This document shows, piece after piece, positions 26,109 through 38,596 of a stretch of DNA of 64,000 bases. The stretch's first letter is position 1, and the number at the start of each line of letters is the position of its first letter. The notes beneath the pieces were generated by a model. That model did no database searches. It worked only from the letters and a program-made list of their open reading frames with translations, and was not told the origin of the DNA. This DNA is from Octopus vulgaris (Eukaryota): contig OX597817.1 in assembly GCA_951406725.2 (NCBI GenBank), positions 152,210,001-152,274,000 of the forward strand, read 5' to 3'. A program made the translations under genes and the position numbers.

Positions 26109-26397
26109 AATCCTTACTTTGTGTTTTTGTGTTTTATTTACTTTGTTTAAAAAAATTATTTTCTTTGTGCTTTTGTGTTTTATTTACTTTGCTAGGTAGT
26201 CGCTGTAGGATCGACTAGTCACGACTAGCTAGCGCGAGTACGCTAGTGCGCACACCGGGACCACTCTTCTTAAGTAGTACCAAAGCTTCTTCATCGTCAT
26301 CATTTCTGCTACAATAGCAACCATATCTTCCACAATTATCATCGCATCAACCGTTAAAAAAAAAAAAACAAAAGGAAGGACACATTAGACAGAGTAG

Positions 26398-27554
26398 GGA
26401 TCTTTTCTGTTTGGCTGCCAAGATCTCAAAAGTCAAAGTTGATTGAAAATTTTAAAATTTGGTGTTTTAATGTAGTCTTCCAAGCTGAATTGCTGGAGTT
26501 ATTTGACTTTTTCCAGGAAAATATTTTTGAAAAGTAACATAGGCGCAGGAGTGGCTGCGTGGTAAGTAGCTTGCTTACCAACCACATGGTTCCGGGTTCA
26601 GTCCCACTGCGTGGCATCTGGGCAAATGTCTTCTGCTATAGCCCCGGGCCGACCAATGCCTTGTGAGTGGATTTGGTAGACGGAAACTGAAAGAAGCCTG
26701 TCGTATATGTGTATATATATATATGTATGTGTGTGGATATGTTTGTGTGTCTGTGTTTGTCCCCCTAGCATTGCTTGACAACTGATGCTGGTGTGTTTAC
26801 GTCCCCGTCACTTAGCGGTTCGGCAAAATAGGCCGATAGAATAAGTACTGGGCTTACAAAGAATAAGTTCTGGGGTTGACTTGCTCGACTAAAAGGCAGT
26901 GCTCCAGCATGGCCGCAGTCAAATGACTGAAACAAGTAAAAGAGTAGAGGTTTAAAGTTAGATCATTTTCATCCAGTCAGGAAACAGCATTAGGAAGCTG
27001 TCATTTTGTGCAACATCCTGAAAATAGCACTTGTACTTTTATATGAAAGTGTAAACAAATGAATTACGCACAATATAACTTTTTTATTTTTTGGAATACC
27101 CTTTTACTCTTTTACTTGTTTCAGTCATTTGACTGTGGCCATGCTGGAGCACCACCTTTAGTCGAGCAAATCGACCCCAGGACTTATTCTTTGTAAGCCT
27201 ACTACTTATTCTATCGGTCTCTTTAGCCGAACCGCTAAGTTACAGGGACGTAAACACACCAGCATCGGTTGTCAAGTGATATTGGGGGGACACACACAAA
27301 CACACACACATATATATATATACATATACATATATACGACGGGCTATTTTCAGTTTCCGTCTACCAAATCCACTCACAAGGCTTTGGTCGGTCCGAGACT
27401 ATAGTAGAAGACACTTGCCCAAGGTGCCATGCAGTGGGACTGAACCCGGAAAATGATTTTCATGGCATTGATTAGCTTATAAAAGTGTATCATTACACTG
27501 AATATGAAATCAATTCAAACAGAAAATGACCTTGGCAGCCAAACGGAAAGACCC
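26398..27554. mobile_element. Merlin-like MITE carrying two nested SINE A copies
   Basis: TIR ggatcttttctgtttggctgccaag / cttggcagccaaacggaaagaccc; TSD cagagtag/caaagtag. Confidence 0.75.
26542..26947 (+). mobile_element. tRNA-derived SINE family A with internal (TA/TG)n tract (representative)
   Basis: Head ggcgcaggagtggctgcgtggtaag (A box)...ggttcagtccc (B box); tail gactgaaacaagtaaaagagt. Other copies at about 2651-3005, 4120-4450, 10467-10875, 16958-17355, 17809-18208, 23001-23370, 27102-27450, 36717-37135, 44988-45365, 45866-46240, 49780-50188. Confidence 0.88.
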
Positions 27555-30477
27555 CAAAGTAGTTCTAGATATACAAAAAGATACGATGTTGATAGTTAGA
27601 ATGTTGTTGATCTTATGTCAGCTCAAACAGGGACAACCTGGGACTAAATGACAACCCGTGCATTCTCATCATCATCATCATCATCATTGTTTAACATCTG
27701 CTTTCCATGCTGGCAGTTTAACTGAGGACTGATAAGCCAAAAGACTGCACCAGGCTCCAATCTGATTTGGCATGGTCTCTACACCAACCACTCCAAGAGT
27801 GTAGTGGGTGCTTTTTACGTGCCACCAACGCAGGAGCCAGTCAGGTGGTACTGGCATCGATCACACTCGAATGGTGCTTTTTACATGCCACTATATTTAT
27901 TAATAATTTTCTTAAAGTCTGCATGTGATGTTATTTGTTTTTTCCAAGAGTATGAGCAGCACAGGACAATTCCCATTCGTTCACTCAGGACATTCCTATA
28001 CATTACAATCCTAATCAGTTTAAAATGCAAAAATAAAAAATTCCTCATCAATTGGACTCTAACTCTTCGTGTAGTTTTCATAACTTGATTGGATACCTCT
28101 ATAATCAACTCTCTCTAAAATATGACCTTTATTTTTGCAACAGTTGATGATGATGCTGCAATGCCCCAGTGATTAAGTATTGTGCCTTCCTCAACCACCA
28201 GATTGACTATGCAGGTGACAAGGCCATTTCACTTCGGTGCACATTTTAAACTTCTAACCAGTGATTCCTGATGGACATGTGCCTTCCTTGTTTTTATAAC
28301 CATAAATACTCTGTTATGTGGAGGCACAATGGCACAGTAGTTAGGGTAGTGGACTTGTGGTCGTAGGATCGCAGCTTTGATCCCCAGACTGGGCATTGTG
28401 AGTCTTTATTGAGCGAAAACACCTAAAGCCCCACGAGGTTCCAGCAGGGGGTGATGGCAAACCCTGCTGTACTCTTTCACCACAACTTCCTCTCACTCTT
28501 TCTTCCTGTTTCTGTTGTACCTGTATTTACAAAGGGCCAGCCTTGTCGCACTCTATGTCTTGCTGAATTTCCCTGAGAACTACATTAACAGTACACGTGT
28601 CTGTGAAGGGCTCAACCACTTGCATGTTAATTTCACGAGCAGGCTGTTCCATTGATCAGATCAACTGGAACTCTCGTAGTTGTACCTGATGGAGTGCCAC
28701 AACTCCAGTTGATCTGATTGAAAGAAAGAAAGGGAACAGCAACGAGTAATATCAAGTAACAAGAAGAGAAACTAAGTTCTAAGTATAATTAACTGAAGGA
28801 AAGGCTAAAAGTTTGAAGCTTGCCACTGTTCTAAGGTGTGAAGAGATTGTCAGCAGTGTGTCACTGGAAATTAATACTGTTGGTAAATTCTGTAATTTGA
28901 ATGATAATGGAGTCCTTGCTCATATCAAACCTAAAAAGAAATGGTGAAGTTCTATTAAAACGGGCTGCTAAACGAGGAGAATGCATGGAAGAAAGGTCTA
29001 CTCCATGCAGACCTGCTGCAGTAGTTCTCAGCCAGGGTTCATATGACCCTTGGAGGTCCACATAAGATTTTGTTGTTAAAATTTATGAGCAACAAATGGG
29101 TTATACTTCTACATTGCTCGAGATATTTTAACAATTGTTTTTTAAAACATTAAATGCTTATGAAGTTCCACCTGAGTAAAATAGGAATCAAAAGGATCTA
29201 TTGGTAAAAAATGATTGAGAACCACTGACTTTCAGGGACCAGCCATTCAAGCTGACAGAAGTGCATTACTTTAAGCCTGTAGCCTAGACTTGGCTGGTAT
29301 AAATGAACCTCATTGCTAGAGGTTCAGAAAAACTTCACAGTTCAATACAAATATTGTTATGTAACATTTATTTTCGTTTGAATTTTTCATAAATTTGACA
29401 TCTGATGATGGATTATAACCGTTATCATTACAGTCACTTTTCCATATTTGCATAGGTTGGACATGTCCTCTCCAACACAGTATCTTACCATTTGTAGTTT
29501 TCCTTTATCATCTCCTATGGGAAGTTCAACATCCTGAGATTAGCTTTTGCCATTTCTGCCTATATCTTCCTTGGTCTTTCTCTTCCAGTTTCCTTCCACT
29601 TGGATACCCTAGCATTTCTTTACCCATTGGTTATCTCCCATACACAACATATATTTATACCAACAGTCTTTATTCTTGCACACTACAACTGACTCCCCTT
29701 ATACTCTGTTTATCTATCAGATCACCTGTACTAACATTACACATCATGCAGGATATACTAGTTTCATTTTTTCTCCAACCTTTACATGTTTTCTGCATAC
29801 AGTACCCACATCTCTCTACCATCTGCTCTGGAGAAAAGCTTTCATTCATTATTCAGACATCTGCAGTTCTTTTAAACTCTGCAAACGCCCAAAAAATTAT
29901 ACAATACTAAATAGAAAATACCTTCTGAAAACTACTTGGCTAAATAATCCAAATAATAATTTAAATAATACAAATTAAACTGCTTTCATTCTATAGATTT
30001 TTTTTCTGCATTTTGGTATGTTAGTGCCAACTGAAGATATTTGATGAATTCAAACATATCTGATTTTCTTGTGTAATCAGATAATCTTCTTAATTTCAAC
30101 ACAGTCTCCAAAAATAAGGAACAGATATAGAGAATAAAAATGCAGTAAAACTTTATGATTTGTAAATAATTTCATTAAATAGAATACATAGAGATGAGGA
30201 CAAGTTGTCAGTCAGAGAAAATGGAAAACTTAAACAAATAGCAGATGTGAAAGAAAGAAAAAATATATTTTATTTAACTTGAAAATTTATTTTATAAAAA
30301 ATTAAAATCAGAAAATTATTCAAAATGATACAGATGGTTCCTACATTAAAAAAAAAAAAAAACACAAGGTTTCAGATTTATAAAGGAATGGGTTGAAAGA
30401 GACAGTTTGATGTTCTTGAACAACAGAAATGAAATGGCGAACAATTGGAAACAGCGAATAGGCATCAACGGACAGCA

Positions 30478-30514
30478 TCAACGCTTCTTGAAGCCTTTTT
30501 TATTTGGTCCCCAA
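30478..30514 (-). CDS. NBN: Nibrin last coding exon
   Basis: tacag|T TGG GGA CCA AAT AAA AAA GGC TTC AAG AAG CGT TGA = NWGPNKKGFKKR-stop, basic tail. Confidence 0.85.
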
Positions 30515-31204
30515 CTGTAAATGAAATTAAATATTATTAAATAATTTTCAGTACTGTCAGGAAATATTTGGCATTTCTTTCAATGAAATAAACAAATTTA
30601 TTTAATTATTATTCTTAAAATCAAATAAGATTTTAAGAAGCAACAACCTCAAAAAAAATTACCTTTAGACGAAAGTTAACAGCAACAGCCTATATACTGG
30701 ACAAGGATATTCTGGTTTCCTCTTGTCTTTTATGTCACTAATGTGTTACTATAGACTAAGACAGAGAAACTTGTTCACAACTATTGTGTGATGTAAACAC
30801 AAGGAACTACACCCCACCACACAAACATACAGAGGCATTCTCACTCACTCACACACACACACACACAAACAAGCTTCTTTCAGTTTCTGTATACCAAATT
30901 GTCATAAAATATACAGCTCTATTGCTTCTATACTTTCTCATCTCTTACGCATATATATATATATATATGTATATATATTAAGAAATAGGAGGCAGTCAGA
31001 ATTTTGGATAATTGTGTATTAGCGCTTTCAACTTTTCAGATATCTGAACTAATTGACTGTTTGGTTAATTATTCAGTCTATCAATCAATCAGCTAGGGTT
31101 CACTGTCATTTACAACCTCATCATTGGGCTTTAACAAACCTAGCTGATTGACTGAATGGTTAATCAAACAATTGTTAACCAATTGCCTAACAATAATAAA
31201 AGAA

Positions 31205-32148
31205 GTGAAACAGAACCTCAAAATAAAGAGGACAGATCCTGTACACTATAGATCTTTATTGCAATCAGACCTGGACACAATGCAGCAATGGATCATGGAC
31301 TGGCAACTCAAGCTGGCTGTGGACAAATGTACTACCATGCATTTTGGGAGGAAAAACTCAGCATCTACTTACTCCCTCCACAACACTAATCTCAAAAAGT
31401 CTTGTGAAAGTGACCCGGGCATTATTGTCAACAGCAATTTGCATTGGACAAAACACATTGTTAAAATTGCCAAGGCTGAGGGTGTCTTGGCATCACTCAC
31501 CAAGTCCTTTGTGAGCCACTCTCCAGCTATCTATCTGAGGCTTTATAGAGCTATGGTGCAGCATCACCTGGAATTTGCATCACCATTCTGGAACCTCTAT
31601 CTTGCCCAGGATATTAATTGTCTGGAAACCATTCAGCAACGTGCAACCAAGAGAATACCCTCCATCAGGCATCTGCCATATTCTGAATGCCTTACTTCCC
31701 TGGGCATGGATACATTAAAACTCCGACGTCTGGCAGCTGACTTGGCAGACACCCATAAAATTATTAACCATCTTACTAACAATAACTCTGAGAACCTTTT
31801 CAAACTCCACCTGTCTAACACCCGTGGACATGTTTACAAAGTCAGAAAACAGCACAGCTCCCATGACTTTCGGAAACATTTTTTCACGCTAAGAGTTGCT
31901 GAAGTATGGAACAAACTGCTGGCATCAGTTGTTAGTTGTCAGAGCACTGTGTCCTTCAAAACTTCCATGCTTCCTGAGATTCGCCAACACCACACCTGAT
32001 TTTCTCCCCTCCATACACACGCAAGCATGTATCTGACTCATACACTGTTCACTTTCCAGACATTTGTGCATTACTACATATGCTTTATACGCACTTTTGA
32101 CAAGTTGTGGTGCACCTGAGCACTGTATACAATAATTTCATTATTATT
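31205..32148 (+). mobile_element. CR1-like LINE 3' fragment
   Basis: LQSDLD...W---WQLKL-VDKC--MHFG, LEFASPFW, QQRATK, TRGH-YK, RKHFF--RV--WNKL; tail aataatttc(att)n. Confidence 0.9.
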
Positions 32149-32363
32149 GGCATAAGGACCCTCCTAAATTCACACCAAGAATCTTGCAAACCAAATCGGA
32201 AAACAAAATTTTGTAATCTGTTCAGCTAAAAGTTACATGAAACCCAGTAATGTACCAAAACTATAGTCAACATCCACAATTTATATACTGCAAGATGGAG
32301 ACACTGTAAATAATTAATACAATACACTTTAAAAAGGAAATAACAAATGTTGCAGTTACTTAC

Positions 32364-32413
32364 TTGAAAAGTTTTTCAATTTTTCTATTTTCTTCATTCT
32401 CCTGACTCTCTTT
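32364..32413 (-). CDS. NBN: Nibrin penultimate exon (ATM-binding tail)
   Basis: KESQENEENRKIEKLF; tgcag/GTAAGT; 50 nt. Confidence 0.88.
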
Positions 32414-32510
32414 CTGCAATGATTTTTTAAATATGAGTCTTCAGTAAATTACAATGAGTATTAATAATATCAAACTTATCTCTAAAAGTATTACAATAAA
32501 ACTATATTTA

Positions 32511-35500
32511 CCGTAAATCCTCGAGTATAATCTGCATTTTTTTCCCAAAATTTAAAGGTCAAAATCCCTAGTGCGTACTATATACGAGGTTAAAAATGAA
32601 AAACATTTTCTAAGCAATGTCCAAATCTCTATTTGGTGTCCGGCAATGTTTATTGAGATGCATTTTGTGATGTCGGGCATGAAAATACCTTAAGCTAAGC
32701 CTGAAAGCAATGAAGTCATAAAGTGATTTATGGACTGAATGGATATCGACTGGAGAAAAGTCATTCACTAAAAGTGGAAGGGTTCGTGCTCCTGACCTGA
32801 CTTTGATATACAAATGGATCATGTATGCATGGAATGAACTTGATACTCAGATTATTGTGAAAAGTTTTATCAAATGTTGTATATCGTGTGCACTGGATGG
32901 TACTCAGGATGACGTTGTATGGAAAGATGAAATAAATGAAAGTGAATCTTCTGATTTTGACTATGAATCTGACAATGACGGAGATTTACACTACAATGAT
33001 GCTGAAAGTGACGTTGAATCTGAAGGATTTGAATAAATGTTTTTGCTTTTGCTTTTGTAACTGATAGTGATAAATGTGGAAGACAACTGGAGATTTCTAC
33101 GGGACAATCTGCTGACAGCCACTGACCAGATCTGTGGATGGAGCAAAGTCCCATCTCGACCCAGAGTAACGTGGTGGTGGAACAATGTGGTTGACAGGGC
33201 TATTAGACAAAAGAAACAGGCTTGGAGGGACTGGAAGAACAGTGGTAGCAGGGAATTGTATCAGACAGCCAGAAAGGAAGCTAGGAGACAGGTTTATTTA
33301 GCCAGAGGGGAAGCGGATAAGAAAAAATTTGCCAATGTTCTGCACCGTGAGGACCAAAGACTTGAGGTATTTCGTGTGGCAAGACAGTGTGTGAGAGAGA
33401 ATCGTGATGTGGTAGGAGAGAAATGTGTCCGCATGGATGATGGTTCACTTGCGCTAAATGAGGATGCAAAGAGAGAGGTTTGGAGATGCCACTATGAAAG
33501 GTTGCTGAATAAAGAAAATGAATGGGATAAAGAGAGTCTGCCGAATGTCAACCCAACAGAGGGACCAGCCATCCGAGTTGACAATTCTTTGGTAGTTAAG
33601 GCAATTAGAAGCATGAAGACAGGGAAAGCCCCAGGCCCATCAGGAATTACTGCAGAGATGCTCAAATTATCTGGCAGTGTCGGCTATAACCTAGTCACCT
33701 ATATAGTTAACCAGGTGATACACGAAGGAGTCATACCCAATGACTGGTGTAGCAGCATACTAGTCAACTGCTACAAAGGTAAAGGAGACGCCCTAGATAC
33801 AAATAATTACAGAGGTATCAAGCTGTTGGATCAGGTAATGAAGGTTACAGAGAGGGTCATAGCCCATCTGATTAGGGAGAGAGTCAACATGGATGAGATG
33901 CAGTTTGGTTTCATTCCAGGGAAAAGCACCACTGATACCATATTTCTGGTGAGACAGCTGCAGGAGAAATACCTAGCCAAAGATAAGCCCCTGTACCTGG
34001 CTTTCGTTGACATGGAGAAAGCCTTTGACAGGGTCCCCCGATCCCTTATCTGGTGGTCAACGAGGAAACTAGGGATAGATGAATGGCTGGTGAGAGCTGT
34101 GCAAGCCATGTACAGGGATGCCGTAAGTAAGGTTAGGGTTGGCAACATGTACACAGAAGAATTCAAAGTAGAGGTTGGGGTCCACCAAGGTTCAGTACTC
34201 AGCCCCCTCCTATTTATCAGAGTCCTCCAGGTAATTACAGAGGAATTCAAGACAGGTTGCCCCTGGGAGCTCCTCTATGCTGACAACCTTGCTCTAATTG
34301 CTGAGTCACTATCAGAACTGGAGGAGAAGTTCCAGGTGTGGAAGGAGGGTTTAGAATCGAGGGGCCTTAGAGTCAACCTAGCTAAAACCAAAGTACTAAT
34401 AAGTAGGAAGGTAGACAAACCACAAATGTCTTCAGGAAGATGGCCCTGCTCGATCTGTAGAAAAGGTGTAGGTAGAAACTCTATAAGATGTACCCAGTGT
34501 AAGCTATGGACACATAAGAGGTGCAGCAATGTCAAAGGAAGGCTAACTGGGAAGATAGTTTTTGTATGTGGCAGATGCTCAGGAGCAATAAACTCTGAAA
34601 ATCTGCAGAAAACAACTTCCGTCACTTTCCAGGGGGAAAAACTAGAAGTAGTTGATAGCTTCCGTTATCTAGGTGACCAAGTCAGTAGTGGGGGTGGGTG
34701 CGCTGAAAGTGTAACTGCTAGAGTAAGAATAGCCTGGACAAAGTTTAGGGAGCTCTTACCTCTGCTGGTGACTAAAGGCCTCTCGCTCAGAGTAAAAGGC
34801 AGACTGTATGATGCATGTATATGAACAGCCATGCTACATGGCAGTGAAACATGGGCCGTGACTGCTGAGGACATGCGTAAGCTCGCGAGGAATGAAGCCA
34901 GTATGCTCCGATGGATGTGTGATGTCAGTGTGCATACACGACAGAGCGTTAGTACCTTGAGAGAAATGTTGGACCTAAGAAGCATCAGTTGTGGTGTGCA
35001 AGAGAGACGATTGCGCTGGTATGATCATGTGGCGAGAATGGATGAAGATAGGTGTGTGAAAAAGTGCCAATCCCCAGCAGTTGAGGGAACCCGTGGAAGA
35101 GGTAGACCCAGGAAAACCTGGGACGAGGTGGTGAAGCATGACCTTCGAACTTTAGGCCTCACTGAGGAAATGACCAGCGACCGAGACCTTTGGAAATATG
35201 CTGTGCGTGAGAAGACCAGGCAGGACAAGTGAGTTCAGCCCACTTATGCATGCCTTTCCTCCCTTGGACACACAAAGACCTGTTGAGGCAAGTGAAGTCG
35301 ATATCGAACCTCATCCGACGACAGGTACCCATGCCTGTTGGATCGAAATCGGAATCGAAATTGAACCAATCCTATGACTGGCACCCGGCAGATGCCAGGA
35401 CCCCTGGACTGGTGGTACGTAAAAAGCACTATCCAAATCGTGGCCGATGCCAGCGCCACCTCAACTGGCTTCCGTGCCGGTGGCACGTAAAATGCACCAA

Positions 35501-35987
35501 TCCGACCGTGGCCGATGCCAGCCTCGCCTGGCACCTGTGCAGGTGGCACGTAAAAAGCACCCACTACACTCACGGAGTGGTTGGCGTTAGGAAGGGCATC
35601 CAGCTGTAGAAACATTGCCAGATAAGACTGGAGCCTGGTGCAGCCTTCTGGCTTCCCAGATCCCCGGTCGAACCGTCCAACTCATGCTAGCATGGAGAAC
35701 GGACGTTAAACGATGATGATGATGATGATTATTACTGTTATTTCTTTATTTTCTGCAAACAAAATGCACAAAAAAGCCACACGTTTGCATTATGTTATAT
35801 GTACAATAATAATAAAGGACGTTACCATATACATTTTTACAAACCAAAGACGTTATATAGACCTCCTTGACTCAAGTTAGAGAAGGGGTGTGTATTATAC
35901 ACAAGTTTTAGGTTTTTCAGTGGTATAGCCCCCTAAAAATCCCATGCGTATTATACTCAACGGCGGACTATACTTGAGGATTTATGG
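32511..35987 (+). mobile_element. pogo/Tigger-like DNA transposon deletion derivative, interrupted by the RTE LINE
   Basis: TA|ccgtaaatcctcgagtata ... tatacttgaggatttatgg|TA TIRs; transposase C-terminal remnant EWISTGEKSFTKSGRVRAP...AWNEL...KSFIKCCISCALDGTQDD. Confidence 0.88.
33064..35729 (+). mobile_element. RTE-clade LINE, 5'-truncated (no endonuclease), inactivated
   Basis: ORF 33067-34824 plus in-frame 34831-35232 with KAPGPSG, NYRGIKLL, QFGF, AFVDMEKAFD, GVHQGSVLSPLLF, YADN, FRYLG, RRLRWY-HV-RM, RGRPRKTW; one premature TGA at 34822; 3' UTR with ~60-bp repeats and (GAT)n tail. Confidence 0.95.
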
Positions 35988-38482
35988 TAGTTTATTATTC
36001 AAACAAAAGGGAAAAGATCAGACAAATCTAATGTAGTCTGTCCATCCCCATCTCACAGATCAGTGGTTCTCAAGCACTTTTTACCTATGGACCCCTTTTG
36101 ATCACTGTTTTATTCTAGCAAACTCCAGAGCCATTTGATGTTTAAAAATTAGTTTTATAGATACTTCTTTCAAAATTCCTACTTTTGTTTTTCACTCATT
36201 CACTTGTATAGATTTGCAAGATTACTCTCTTAGAGAACATGTTTCAGTGGCTGGAAACAAGCATGTTGAACTATGTAAAACATTAGAGAAAGAAACCTAG
36301 CTGTTTCTTACAATAAGTATATCTAAAGCAAAATTTTTTCATTGACCTTTAACCCTTTAGTGTTTAAACTGGCCAAATCCAGCCCAATATATTCTACATG
36401 TTTTATATTCAAACTGGCGATATCTAGCCTCTCACTCCTAACCTACAATGCCATTCTGAAAATAAGCAATCACATCATTGAAACCTCAAAGCTATAAGAT
36501 AATGCATGATTAATTCAAAACAATTTGAGTGAAAAAGTATTACATTTAACAGAGTATTCTGAACACTAAAGGGTTAAACTACTACTGTGAATCCCTAATT
36601 TACAATTTTGCTTGTGTGGACCCCTAAAAATCTTATATGAACCCCAGTTGAGAACCACTGTCTTAGATAAAAACCAATGAAAGTCTGGCTAAATCTCTTG
36701 GTTTAATTATGGCCATAGACGTAGGAGTGGCTGTGTGGTAAGTAGCTTGCTTACCAACCATATGGTTCCGGGTTCTGTTCCACTGCATGGCACCTTGGGC
36801 AAGTATCTTCTACTATAGCCTCAGGCCGACCAAAGCCTTGTGAGTGGATTTGATAGATGGAAACTGAAAGAAGCCCGTCATATATGTGTGTGTATATATA
36901 TATGTATATATGTATGTATGTGTATATGTTTGTGTGTCTGTGTTTGTCCCCCCAACATCGCTTGACAACCGATGCTAGTGTGTTTACGTCCCCGTAACTT
37001 AGCGTTCTGCGAAAGAGACCAATAAAATAAGTACTAGGCTTACAAAGAATAAGTCCTGGGATCGATTTGCTCAACTAAAGGCGGTGCCCCAGCATGGCCA
37101 CAGTCAAATGACTGAAACAAGCAAAAGATAAAAGATAGAATCAAAAATATAAATCATTTGAGAAGATGTACATTCATTCTCATCAATGCCATCATTGTTT
37201 TAACATCCACCTTCCATCCTTCCATGAGTCAGACAGAATTCACTGATGCAGATTTTCTATGGCCTGATGCCTTCCCTCACCTGTTTCCAAGTGAAATAAT
37301 TTCTTCACGGCCTGACATGTTTTCAAGGAAGATTGGAAATAAATAACACTGCTTGTGTGACAGTGACACTCACTTACAACTACCATGCCATGTCAAGACA
37401 AGGAGGGATGAGGACACACACACACATACATGCACAACAGGCTTCTTCCAGTTTCCATTTACTAAATCCAGTCACAAGGCTTTGGTTGGCCTGAGGCTAC
37501 AGAAGACACTTGCCCACGGTGATATGCATTGGGATTAAACTTTTTTTTTTTGTTTCTTCCTTCTCGAGCCATGCCTGGCTCATAAGGGCCGGTTTCCTTG
37601 GTGTATAGGTTCCACACCTGGACGGGACGCCAGTCCGTCGCAGGTGTGAGCTGCATGATGCAGGAGGAAAGAGTGAGAGAAAGTTGTGGCGAAAGAGTCA
37701 GCAGAAGTTCACCATTACCTTCTGCCGGAGCTGCGTGGAGCTTAGGTGTTTCGCTCATAAACACACACATCACCCAGTCTGAGATTCGAACCTGCGATCC
37801 CTCGACCGTGAGTCCGCAGCTCTAACCACTAGGCCATGTGCCTCCACTGGGATTAAACTTGCAGCCATGTGGTTAGGAATTAAACTTTTTAACCACACAG
37901 CCACCCTATATACAGCAGTAGTAGATACTGGAACAATACTAAGTTTCAGATTTCCTCATTTAGTATATATACATGTGTAGTATACAGGCATTTATCTGTT
38001 GTTGATTAAGGGTACCTTGAATTTCTCTCCCTCCTTATTGAGTCACCTTTTTCATAAAGTCACCTTTCTCATAAAGCCAGACCTACTCAAGAACTGTTTA
38101 CTTATGTCACTTACCAAAGGACGCTTGGAGAAATTTGGTGACAACGATGTATTGACTATGTAAGTTAACAAATACCCTGTCACTCATGAAGTGATCCCAC
38201 TGTTTCAAGGGGTGACTTGTATTTCCCAACAATCCATATTTCAGGCTAAATGGCTTGGACTTTTATGGCACTCAGACTATAGAAAGTAATTTGTATACTG
38301 GTATAAGACCTGTTGTTTAGTAGTTTAAACACTCAACTAAACTCCTCCACCTCTATTTATTAATAATTGAAGTAAAAGAAAAAATTGAAGGGAAAATTAT
38401 TAAAATATATAAAACGGTTAACATTTATGAAGAAAATAAATTGAAGAGAAAAAACAGTTCATTATGGAAAATGCTTCTTTAC

Positions 38483-38596
38483 CTCATTGGCTTCTTTGAA
38501 CCAACCATCTAATTCTTTGCTTATAGTTGAGTGGTGAATAGCCAGGTCACTGCCACCAATGATTTTTGGTAAGGAGTAAGCACCACTGTTAGAATT
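38483..38596 (-). CDS. NBN: Nibrin exon (Nbs1_C domain)
   Basis: NSNSGAYSLPKIIGGSDLAIHHSTISKELDGWFKEANE (LP-IIGGSDL signature); ttcag/GTAAAG; 114 nt. Confidence 0.96.

Larger units (their letters stand above)
24970..26288. mobile_element. Unclassified TIR element hosting the foldback and a SINE
   Basis: About 85-bp CpG-rich inverted termini aagctttggtact(t)acttaagaagagtggtcc...gctagctagtcgtgactagtcgatcct; left TIR split by SINE B. Confidence 0.75.

Noticed and set aside
25228-26273. Kolobok/piggyBac assignment of the outer TIR element based on flanking TTAA
   Set aside because: Inverted symmetry continues about 15 bp beyond the TTAA on both sides, so TTAA is inside the TIR rather than a TSD
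26542-26620. tRNA genes suggested by A/B boxes in many repeats
   Set aside because: No complete cloverleaf seen; each continues into a SINE body and tail, several with TSDs
29396-29430. CTGATGA-tgg...ccg possible hammerhead
   Set aside because: The sequence diverges before any GAAA box; cannot be supported
31148-31999. 283-aa ORF as a host gene
   Set aside because: It is the post-RT C-terminus of a CR1-like LINE, starts at a non-ATG codon and has a second copy at 52813
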